From Amphiscolops sp. MND2022 (Eukaryota), in the NCBI GenBank assembly GCA_964187785.1, contig OZ076412.1, positions 69,254,001 to 69,318,000 of the forward strand: DNA of 64,000 nt, in the 5' to 3' direction. The position numbers and the translations under genes are program-made. How positions within the stretch are numbered: position 1 is the first letter of the stretch; each line of letters begins with the position of its first letter. Positions 1 to 11,100 of the stretch are shown here, piece after piece. The notes under the pieces were generated by a model, which was not told the origin of the DNA, did no database searches, and saw only the letters and a list, made by a program, of their open reading frames with translations.

Positions 1-750
1 TACAACCCCCGAGTGACATCGCAAGCCAATACAGCCAAAATCCTGTCCGACACTACGCATTGGACAGACCCGCCGATAGTGGACAGAATGATCTACCAAG
101 GATTTCAAACTCTGAAAGCGACGGTTCCGAAAATCGCAAGAGAACCCAATAGAAAGACCTTGCCCCTGAATGAAGAGATGCCGAACAATCCACAAATGGC
201 CATGGAAATCTTCATGAGTCTGATAGCCAAGCAGAGGGACGAAGGAAATACCGTATATGACAGTTATTTAAATGCAATTGGGACTTTCAAAGAAATATTT
301 TTCCGATTTGGACGCCAAGACCTCGCAGACCAGCTGCCAGAACTAAACCCAGCGGGCTCGACCTCAATAAGACAGGCAGCAGGGCACGAGGAGGCTTCTA
401 CTGCTGAAAATACATCAACTTCCATGATGTCAACCTCAAGTCAAATCTGCATTGCAATAGCTGCAACAACAACCAACACCGATGTATCCATCCATGACTC
501 TGAAACAGCTAACTCAACCACGGTCATCACCACCAATGCTACTTCAAATGATCAGACAGTGCCGCTAGAAGCTTTTGAAGTCACGCCCACGTCGTTGACG
601 AGAACACTAACAGCCGATATTGAATTAGAATTGAATGAACTACCAAGCTTGAATCAGCAAGATCTGCCGCCATCGGAAGTATTGGCCGTATCATTAAATG
701 AAGTGCTACAAGATGACGATACTACTATGGATGACACTGGCGATGAATGA
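1..750 (+). CDS. 3' part of an unidentified ORF with a Thr/Ser/Asp-rich disordered C-terminus; possibly retroelement-derived
   Basis: Frame +1 is open from base 1 (tac aac ccc cga gtg...) to TGA at 748-750, about 250 codons with no introns. No recognisable domain. Confidence 0.35.
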   Translation, partial: YNPRVTSQANTAKILSDTTHWTDPPIVDRMIYQGFQTLKATVPKIAREPNRKTLPLNEEMPNNPQMAMEIFMSLIAKQRDEGNTVYDSYLNAIGTFKEIFFRFGRQDLADQLPELNPAGSTSIRQAAGHEEASTAENTSTSMMSTSSQICIAIAATTTNTDVSIHDSETANSTTVITTNATSNDQTVPLEAFEVTPTSLTRTLTADIELELNELPSLNQQDLPPSEVLAVSLNEVLQDDDTTMDDTGDE

Positions 751-2480
751 AACAAGTACTGAACTTGGCTAATCAAACCAAAACTAACCAAGAACGTATT
801 ATGCCTCAGCAGTTATCAAAACAATAAGTGCTATTTTAGTTAACAAAGTATTAACATTATTTTGGTTATTTTGCTAATGTAACTACCCGATGGGTAGGTC
901 CCAGCTTGGTGCCCGCCTAACTGCCAAAACAAGTGCAATTAAAGTTTTCGTAAAAACTTCTCCGCTTCTCTGGCTAAGTGTCTCAAAAGTGCAACCACCC
1001 TTAAAAGAACTTTGAAACTAGCTTGGAACGAATGGTAAGAGTTTTTAAACAAACTGATTTTTATTCTCCCAGGATAATCAAAAAGTGCTAAAACAAAAAG
1101 TGCTAAATCGAAATTTTGAAGCAGTAAGATCTAAGAGAAAAACTGAAAATCACGTTGCTAAAACCATTTGTAAGTAATGATGCATCCTTCTCCGTTTGCC
1201 GAGGACGACAAACAGTGGCCCGGGGAGAATGTAACGTCCACCAGTCAGCACCAAATTTTCGATGAAAAATTCGATCAAAAACCAGAAAGTGTGCGAATCA
1301 AAATGGCCGACCTGGCAGGTCGTTGCGAAGCAAAAAAAGACAGACGAACCCAACCCCGACCCAGAAAAGAAGAAAGGACACTGACACGATGTGGAAGAAC
1401 AAGAAAAATGCTCGGATTTGTGTCATCTCCCCAGTAAAGTGCGTTTTCAATACAAAAAAGTTCTGAGATTCCGATATCCCACAGAGAAGAAGATGAAGAG
1501 AATCGCGAATTCAATAGAAACATGTCAGAAAGGCCAATCTTGATTGATTCTGATGTCATTAGTATTGATTTACAGATTTATGATGATGTCGGATCTGCCA
1601 GATCCTTGTAATGGAGTATTTAGACATTATTTTCTGAAATAGAATGCACTTCAGCTAGAACCCTGTTTTCAGACCTCGGAAGTATGTAGAGCCGCGGGAA
1701 GCCTTTAGGAACGTTTTTACACGCTTGTGGGACGTGTCCGGACTTTGAGTGTCCCGGCACGTCGCCACGGAGCTTTAATAAGAGGAGTCTCCACGTTGTT
1801 TTGGAAAAGTCCCTAGGAGACCTTTAGGGACGAAAAACTGGTATTTAGGCTTGTTGTAGGACTATGGTCTCCTGTCTAGGCAACCTAAGTATTGTCCCTA
1901 AGTTCTAGTATGTGCGTTACTTGCTTGACGTTACATCTAGAGTAGTTTTTATGGCGCCCCACAAGGGACCTTTTTTTCCATCTTTTCGCCATAATTGGAG
2001 TTTTTCCTGCTTTCCGGCCCTGCTAGGTCTGGATCTAGGAAAACTGGTTGGAGAGTCCTAGATTGTTTTTATTGCCTTATTCTAGCCCTGTGGGCCCTGT
2101 ACTAGTGTTTGTTTTGCGTGTCCTGCGTATTTCCGAGGTCTGAAACCGAAAATCGACAATTTCAGACAGTGTACCCCTTGTATTTTGATAATACCTGTTG
2201 AAAATGCTAATCCGGCCTATCCGGAACTGGTTATAAAGGGTTTTGTAGCTCCGTTTCAGTAAATTAGCAATGTATGGGGACCGGGAGGACGAGTGCTGAA
2301 GGCTCCATTTAGCTGACGACAGTGTGTGAGCACCTCCGACATCACACCTCCAGCACCCCTGCAGTTGCCGTATACCCACGTCAATCGGGTTATATTGCTA
2401 ATTCTTGCTAATAATCGGCCCAAAAAGCATACTCCTAGGCCTGTTCCCACTAAAATTAACTGGGGAAAATACCCTGTGGT

Positions 2481-2781
2481 ATCCAAAAGTCATCAAAATA
2501 CGTCTGAAAAACGTGAAAAACACATGAAATTGGAAAAAAAATCAATCGTTCAAGATCTAAAACTAAAAAGTGATACAAAATTTAAAACGTGCCTCGGATA
2601 TGTCCACATTTCCTCTAGTACCCCGCGGCCCCTTGTGGCCGCTTATGTTCCCATCTTGCTAAGCGAGGTCGAATAGGAGGCAAAGACCTAGCGGGAACGG
2701 AGATAGCGAAGCGATCGTGGTGGGAGCTGGTCTTCGCGATGGCGAGCGCGAGCGTGCATACACCGGATATGCACAACATTT
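2481..2781. repeat. ~300-bp repeat, copy 1 (copy 2 at 3581-3879)
   Basis: Both copies start atccaaaagtcatcaaaatacg and align through ...tgcatacaccg. Each carries a GCGGCCCC-TT-G(T/G)GGCCGC hairpin and a GCGAAGC motif. Confidence 0.9.
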
Positions 2782-2954
2782 CAATTTTTAGATTCCTTTA
2801 GATCCTAGGCGGTGGAGCTCTCAGGATCTTGGGTGAAGGATGTCCAGTTTACACCGGATATGTCCGATATGAAAACTCGAACTTGGTGTCTCAAAACTAT
2901 TCCATTCGAACTTATTGCACTAGTTCAAATTCGAAGGGAGAGGGGAATAAGATC

Positions 2955-3303
2955 GGGTGGCTGTAAATAGGTTGATTTTTTTTGGTCGAAAGGACAGAGG
3001 TCGAACTTTTCGATCAAATTGCAGGGATCGAATGTAATGCGGTCGAATGTTATCGTATTTGTTGTATGGCTCGGTCGCTTCGCTCCCTTCGCCAAGTAGC
3101 AACATTGAGGCATGGCCATATGGCACGTCGCTCCGCTTCGCTTCGCGCCTGCATTCAGGGGACTAGCGGTATGTGAACATATCTGACTACGTTATAAAAA
3201 TTTCGATCCGAGTTGTTTCGATCCCATTCAAAAATTTGGTATGTGGACCAGAGGACTAACTCTGATTTTCGATCCTGTTCCTTCGACCTATTTCCGCCCA
3301 CCC
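2955..3303. mobile_element. MITE-like element with imperfect TIRs carrying the shared ~150-bp core (also at 26680 and 52015)
   Basis: gggtggctgtaaataggttga (2955) and tcgacctatttccgcccaccc (3283-3303) are imperfect inverted repeats. The core tatttgttgtatggctcggtcgcttcgc...ctacgttataa lies at ~3056-3197. No TSD found. Confidence 0.6.
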
Positions 3304-3580
3304 CTCATTTTTGAGGAATAACGTCTAAAGATGTAGAAGTTATTCCCGTTTTTTTAGATGTCATTCCCGATTGTGAAATATTGTTTCTTGTGCTGAAAAC
3401 TTCTTCTCTTGCTCAGGAAAGAACTATGAAATAATCGATGGCCACGGAATACGAGCAAAAGTAAGTGTCTGAGGGGTATTTGTACCTAAATCGAAAAAAA
3501 ACGTCCAAATTACCAAAACACTATGCAAATACGTCCGAAAAAAGGAATAACGTATAAAATCCAGAAAAAACGCCCGAAAT

Positions 3581-3879
3581 ATCCAAAAGTCATCAAAATA
3601 CGACTGAGAATCGGGAAAAACACATGAAATTGAAAAAACATCAATTGTTCAAGATCTAAAACTAAAAAGTGGTACAAAATATAAAACGTGCCTCGGATAT
3701 GTCCCCATTCCTTCTAGTGCCCCGCGGCCCCTTGGGGCCGCTTATGTTCTCATCTTGCTAAGCGAAGTCGAACAGGAGGCAAAGACTTAGCGGGAACGTA
3801 GATCGCGAAGCGATCGTATGGGGAGCTGGTCTTTGCGACAGTGAGGGCGAGCATGCATACACCGCATATGCCACATTTT
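3581..3879. repeat. ~300-bp repeat, copy 2
   Basis: Direct repeat of 2481-2781, offset by 1100 bp. Confidence 0.9.
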
Positions 3880-4130
3880 GATATTTTCGCTTTAAGAAAG
3901 CCTTTCTCGAAACAGGAATAACGTCTAAAACTTTAGACGCTAGTCTCAAAAAATGATTCATTTCAGAGGTTATTCCCGTTTTGTATTTAGATGTTATTCG
4001 CCAGACGTTCTTCCCGCTGCCACGTATTTTGATGATTTTTTGACATTTCAGACGTATTGGCCAATTTTAGACGTTTTTCCCGTTTTTCAGACGTATTTTG
4101 ATGGTTTTTGATATTTTAAACGTATGTCAG

Positions 4131-4330
4131 TTTTAGACGTTATTCCGCTTTTTAGACGTTATTCCGCTTTTTAGACGTTATTCCACTTTGTAGACGTTAT
4201 TCCACTTTTTAGACGTTATTCCCGTTTTTTTAGACGTTATTCCCGTCCATTTCAGATTTAGATGTTATTCCTTTAGACGTTGTTCCCGGTGGACTTTTAG
4301 ACGTTATTCATTAGACGTTATTCCTGTTCC
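4131..4330. repeat. ~19-20-bp minisatellite (TTAGACGTTATTCC(G/A)CTTT)
   Basis: About 9 tandem units with no unique spacers. Inverted units (gaataacgtctaaa) occur at ~3316 and ~3917. Confidence 0.9.
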
Positions 4331-5111
4331 CCTTTCGGCAAAGTGGAATTCGGCAAAAGGGGCATATACCTTTTGGTACTGGTCTACTGGGGTAGTGACT
4401 GGTATGGTGTTCCTTACTTTCTTTGCAGACCACTGGTGTGTGTCTTCTCCCCCCCAACAAGATGATACACATGGCACTTGAGTGATGACGAAGATCCATG
4501 ATATCTGATAGAGGAAAAAACTAATTGAAGTCTCGCGGAACGAAATTTTTTGAATATTGTTTTCTAAAATGGCGTTTTTGTCGCTGTAAGTTTGATAAAT
4601 TTTGCACAAACGTGTTCTTCCGCATATTCAAAGCACTCCGCTCTTTCGGAAGCTCGAGCAGGCGTCGACTTGGATCGTCTTCTTTTACCTTGGATTGTCT
4701 TCTATTGTGTAAACTGTAGTCGATTCATTTTTTCTTCAGATGTTAGGCCATGAAAAATTAGTTTCGTCTTCTCTAAAACCATGGTGTTTTGATGGTTCAA
4801 TTCTTTTCTGTGTTTCAGATTGCAACATGTGGAAAAAGTCCGTGTACCCTACGTCAATGGATTCAGAAAACAGAATTGTGTTCGCCTGTGATGAAACCTT
4901 TGTCAATCAAAAATTTGCTTCTACTGTCATTGATAGTGCTTCCCACTTACTTTAGTGTTCGCTGTTTTGATTTGATACTTGATTTTAAAGAAACCCAGCT
5001 CTGACGTACTCGATTTTCAGATTTTCAATCAAATTTTGATATTTCTGAGGTAAATTCTGAGCACGCAACTCTGAGAGCAATCATTTAGTCGAAGGTTAGC
5101 AAAGAAATAAA

Positions 5112-8100
5112 ATGACCAGCCAGCAAGGTGGTGATAGTGAAGGTGCATCGTTGCCTCATCTCTGTGTCAGAGGCAACGAAGGCTTTTTCCTCTATCCAAC
5201 CAGTGGGCCTACAGCTTATTCGCCTCGTCAAATTGATGCGTAAGTTATAATGATATTAACGACGCTTTGTTTTCAAAATTGGAAATGCTTGTTAGAGGCA
5301 CAAAAACTCACGTCCTGAACTTTTTTGATACTTATTTTTCGTTACATATCTGCCTCACGTTGCACTTTTCAATCTGTTATTTGTTTAAAATTGAGGTGCT
5401 GAGATGTATGATTGAAACGCAAATTAGATTTTACATCTCAGATTCTAGGCATCCCACTGAAAAAAAAATGTTCGAAGCTGTACCGGTGTGAAATACGGAA
5501 AAGGGGAAGGGTAGGTTGGCCGGTAATGGGTAAAATTATACTAGTATCGATAGCAGTACTGTGCTTGATTTTCGAAACTGAATTCTGAAATTCCATTTCA
5601 CTTTTTAAGCCAAGTTAAGCCAACGTTTTTTTTGAGAACCGAAAAAGTGAAATACAGATACTAGTAACGATGGAAAAGCAATAATTAGGTACTAGTAACG
5701 ATAGTGGTATATACTAGTAGATGCTAGTATTAAATTTCTAGATACTAGTATCTGCCCAACACTAGGCAAAGAAGTAACGGAATTACATTAGTAGTTTTTA
5801 CCGTAGTTTTTACTCATATTTGTATGATGCTTCTTCGTATGGTATCCTACATTTTGAAGTTTCCTTGTACCAAATCCACACAACGATCATGTCTTTGAAC
5901 GGTAGAATGTTTTGCGCCACGGGTCTATTCGATTGCAGAACTACTTTTTGCTCAGAACACCTTCAGTTTTTCAGATGCTAGTTTAAAAATTTAAATTTGT
6001 CAGTTTTGATTTTAAGTTTTTAATTTCGAGAAGTTAGGTGAAAAAGTATTAATGGTTAATATCTCTAATGGATTTGAACGGGGGTTTCAAAGGTCCAATG
6101 CTAGGCTTTCATTTTGATGAGCCCCTGTTGACGCGCGACCATTTTTCAGTTTTCCGCAGCGTCGCGACTATTCTGCACTGGTATGAAAAACAGCATTCGC
6201 ACAAAGTCTTTTTGTGTAAGGGTATATGTGATGTTCCACCCTGAGTATTTCTCGGATCTTCGCAGTGCTGCTGAACGAACACACGAATGAAAAAAGTTGT
6301 TTTCTAAGCCCCGTTTAACTGTTGGGATACTTCTCGGAACCCAACTTGGAGAGCTTGAACCTTCTCAGGAGGGGAAATGAACTCTAGTTTGATCATGAAA
6401 TTTTTGGGACTTCATTATTATGTTAATGAAATTATTGTTGGTGGTCGGTAGTTTGAGGGGTTTAGAGGATCATCTTTTTAAATTCGATTGGAAACACGTT
6501 AATTTCCACGAGAGGCTAATTTATATTAATAGATTTAACAACATCAAAAACTACTTTCATCGTCGCCTGTCGAATATAGTTGGAAGATTGACAGTCTGAC
6601 AGTTACTGTATCCACAAACGAATTTATTAATGCAGTAATTTTTCCGTTGTTGACGTTATTCCCGATTTCAAATTTAGTCGTTTTTTACCCTTTGTCTCCA
6701 AAATTAATCATTTAAAAATTGATTTCTCAAAGAACGTAACGTTTGCTGAAATATAACGACGAAAATGCAGTTTGTCCAAAGTAATAACTTCAAACAGTAT
6801 ACGAAAAAATTTTCAAAGCCACATTCGCATTCCCGCCTTTTTATTTTTCCCCATATTCCATGTGGGAAAGGAAAATATTTGAATTAGCTGCCTTTACAAA
6901 ATTTGCCATGTTCTAAATTTTTTATTCAAATTGAAGGGTGTCACCCATAGAATTCAAATCATAAATTTAGCTTCGTGCGATATAATTTGTAGAGATATTT
7001 GAACTTTTTTTGGGTATTCCAAATTTTCCCGATTTTTAACTTTTGTATTTGATTTTTGTCAAATTTTCGACAGACTTCGTGGATTATAATGTTAAAACTT
7101 CAACAAGGGAAGAATTCGTTGTCCAGTAGGCTTGTGTCAAGAGATGAATACAGTTGATAACAGAAAAATGCTTCAAATCGACACAGAAAATTTCGAAAAT
7201 CCAAAATTTTTGGTCAGTGTCGTTTCTCATGGAATTTCTGTAAAGTTTCCGAGAGATTTCATCAGAAGTTCCAAAATTATTAACAATAAAATTACAAGCT
7301 ATTCCTTCCGAACGCCTTTTTGAAGAGAACGTTGCAGCGTTTTGCTTCAAAAACACTTCAAAATGACTTTTTGTAATTTTTTGGAATGTTTTCTAGTCAG
7401 AATGTTGAAAACGTTCAACAACGATTGAACTCGTTGTCCTGTTGGCTCTTTCAAAAACTTTCTGTTACTTCAGTTGTAAATGCCTCAAATTGACCGCAAA
7501 TAGTTGTCAAACTTCTTCCCGATTTTCAACATTTTGAGTGAGATAAACATTTGGTGTGATAAAAGCTCCAGATGATATATAACTAGGTCCGCAGCACGCT
7601 TTTTGAAGAGAAATTTTTATGGTAAAAAGTACACTAGAATGACCTAAAATAGGCCACAAACTTTCGAGTTTCTGACTTTCTATGCACTTTTTGGATGCAC
7701 AGTTTTCGAGCAATTTCCTTGCATACAAAAGATCAAAATAACTCGACGACTAGAAAAAAAGCAACGACTAAACTGTGTTCATGTGATAAATCCATTGATA
7801 TGTTTTCAGTTGATATGCTGATGCTGGCCTTCAATAGTTGATTGCGAACCCAACATTTTGGTATACAGTAGGGGTTTCTGAATACAGCATTTTCTTGTTA
7901 GAATTGGCCTCAAAAACCCCTTAAAGTCCGAAAAAAAGAATTTTTCAAAATCTTTTGAGAAATTATTCCGTTTTTTTTTCATTCACTAGACCTCAGAACG
8001 CAATGTAGGAAATGCGGTCAAGTACCTCGAATTTGTCAAAAATTCCGAATATTTTCAGTTTCCAACAGTGAAGTTCCGTTTTTGGACCCATTCCGAATGT

Positions 8101-11100
8101 TTCTTTCAATTTGAAAATCCATAGGCTCAGGTTTGAAGCGTGTTGCTACCGGACACGTGTAGCTACAAGATATCGGCCAAATTCATTTGCAAAAAGTCTG
8201 AACTTGATACGAAAACGTTAGGTTCATTTTTTTCGTAGTTTGTCAGGTATTTAATAATCAATAAGCTCCAAGCGAAACCACTAGCAGTTTCCCACATAAG
8301 AACAAAGTCTCTGAAAGACCCCAAAAATCAGAAATGTTTTGACATTTTCATGCATTTTTTTGTAAATTTCGTTGATCAGAATGTTGTAAACAATACACAA
8401 CGACCGAACTCGGTGTCCAGTAGAAGAGACATTTTTTAAGGAAGAGACATATTTAGTGTCTTGTAAGAAAAGTTCCTCAAAATGACCTCAAAGTTGTCGA
8501 AAATATCAAAACATTCCATTTTTGATGACTTTTTGAGCAAAAATATAAACATATGGTATGTTAGGTACTGGTATCCACATGGTTCAACTGCAAAACAATT
8601 AGGTACTTAGCCTGTTTATAAATTAGGTGTTTCATTTAAAAATGGGCTAAGATTGTTTGAACCTTTCTTTTCTTCGAACTTCTAGGCATTTTCAAGTGCA
8701 TTGGCTACATCAAGTGCCGTTGAAGAGCTGTTTGGTTCGGAAAATATCTCGCTTGTCAGCGGGCGTCTTGTTAAATCAAATGTCAAATTTTTGGATGCTA
8801 ATTTTCTGCTTTTTACTTTTTTACAGCGAATGGTTTTCCAAAATTTGACATCCGAACCCCGACTCCCTGACAATACATAACGTTATTGGGGCAAAGTATA
8901 AAAAATTAGGGTAATTATTTGTTGTATACGTTTAATGTGACTGCGGAATTCGCAGAGTTAAAATAGGAAAAGTAAACAAGACGGGAACGTCTATAGTGGG
9001 CCCTATATCTAACGATTAAAAAGCGCAGTTTTAAAAATATGCATAGGACGCTTTCATGAAAATTTCATGTGTTGGAATCTCCGCCGCTTCCTCCCTAGTA
9101 AAACGCAATATAGTTCGGATATAACGTCAAAAATTTGGATATAGCGCTATACTCCAGATATTACGTCAAAAGTTCGGATAATAATGAAAATCTATTTGTG
9201 GGTATATATCGACAACTCCTAAATTCAAACGAAGAGTGAGAATTTTGAAACAGTCTCATAGTGCCGAAAATTGTAAAAGGGGAGACCCTTTGGGCTTTTG
9301 AAACTCGTTTGTTGCAAAATTCTGTATATCAAAAAAATTGAAGGGGTTTTGAAATTAAACCCTTTGAAGACATTTAAAATTTTTCGAAAAAAGTCCCACA
9401 AAGCCAAAAAGAGTACGGGAAAGTCTCATAGTGCCAAAAATGGAAATAAAGGCCCCTTCTGCTTTGCGATGGTTTTGTATTTCATGTTAGAAGCTTTGGA
9501 TGCGTTCAAAGTCAAGTACTAAATAGTTATGGTAAAAGTGCACAAAGTGGTACATACAGGGTGAGCTCCTTGATCTGACGAAAAAAGGGGAAAACTAGCC
9601 GCTGTGATAGTGCCTACAGTGCCGACTAAAAAATGCTCTTGGGTCGGATCCGAATCCGTTGACGTCTTGTTTCCCAACCAGGCACACTCACCACTAGGCC
9701 AACTTGCAAGTTTTTTCTGCAATCAAGTATTTTCAGGCAGATTATTGGGCGAAAAGTTTTGCAAAAAGAACACCGGTAAAACCAGGAAAATGAGACAACT
9801 ATGTACGTGAGAGGCATCTCGTCCAAAATAGTAGCGAAGTTTCCATTTGTTTGGGTTTTGGTCAGTGAGTTGAAACGCCGAAATCTGGCAATACTAAGGA
9901 AGTAAACTCGACAAAATCGACCGAAGATTGTTGATAACGTTTCAATTTCGCATTTCTTGAAAGCGAACTATCGCTCACTCACTTGAATGGCTCAAAAGTT
10001 GGTGCTTTCAGGAAAGCCACTCAGCGTTCAGTCAACCAGGTATTCAGTTGGAGCAGTTGTGGTAATTTTTTCGCATGGTGCGATGCTGAAAAGTTAGTTA
10101 TGATCTTTTCACCAGATTTAGAATTCACTTCTCTGTCCTGTACGTTCATGTTTATTTCAGCCTCATGGTTTTTAATGCATCAAACTTGCAAGTGGTCTTC
10201 AAGCATCCAAAGTCTCGAGTGATCAGTATTGAATTTTCTCCGAAAAATACATACATCTCCACATTCGAACCTTTTAGCAATGGTTAGCTCTTTTAAAAGC
10301 ATAGTTTCCAAAGTTTTTTTTCGGATGTTTTCCAATGCCTAATGTTTTTCAGCCAATAAAAGTCAGAACAATATTTGCATTTTCTCCTTCTTGGGACAAG
10401 ATGTTGTTGCAACCTTCACACAAGGATCTTTCGAGAACTGGCGACCTCAGTTTTCTGACGATGAGAAAGTTTGTTGCAAACTTCTGAAGGAAACAGCTGT
10501 TTTCTATGTCGATGGTGACTTCAGTATGTAGCTTCACTCCAAACTTTTGACAAGAAATTTATTCTTTCAGGATTGGAAAGTAGTTCTTGATTACAGGCAC
10601 CCCGAAGTACAAGTTGAATATCCCAGGGCTGACTGTTGTTGAAATGTTACCTAAAGAGCCCTATCATGTTGCCATTTACGTGGCCGGATCTAAAAAGGTG
10701 AGTTACGGTTAAAATTACGTTTCCACGGTTAAAAAATTACTTTGTGGTTTACGATAAATTACGAAATGGCAACCCTACGCGTTTTAGATTGATGCTCCTC
10801 AGTCTCACAATTTTTTTTATAACGATCTGTTTTTATACCGACCATGTTTCGCTGGTGCTGTTTGAAATTTCATAGTTTCTCTGCGAACTCGTGAAATTAG
10901 TGAAAAATTTTCACCAAACGGTAGAAACTAAAAACTTTTTGTCACTCAACTGATTGACTATAAAGTTCTAGAAGTTTTTAGAGCAGTTTTTATAACGATT
11001 AAGGTACGTAATAATCAATATTTCAGTCCTATCTAGTAAGCCTGACATTCAGTGTAGTAAACTCGGGCCCAAACTATTTGATAGATTTGAGTTGCAATAG

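Noticed and set aside
2230-2330. Minus-strand RQLNGAF...SPYIANLL resembling a Penelope-type RT motif
   Set aside because: It needs a frameshift, and no other RT motif (e.g. YxDD) is seen nearby.
4131-4330. Short repeat array as a possible CRISPR
   Set aside because: Units are head-to-tail without unique spacers, there are no cas genes, and the context is eukaryotic.
4311-5004. Protein-like minus-strand frames and apparent splice sites upstream of eIF2A, suggesting a divergent gene
   Set aside because: I could not assemble a phase-consistent model; every frame hits stops and no family motif is recognisable.
8657-8880. Possible nested exon in eIF2A intron 1 (open on both strands)
   Set aside because: No partner exons or recognisable domain; about 65 codons is within chance.
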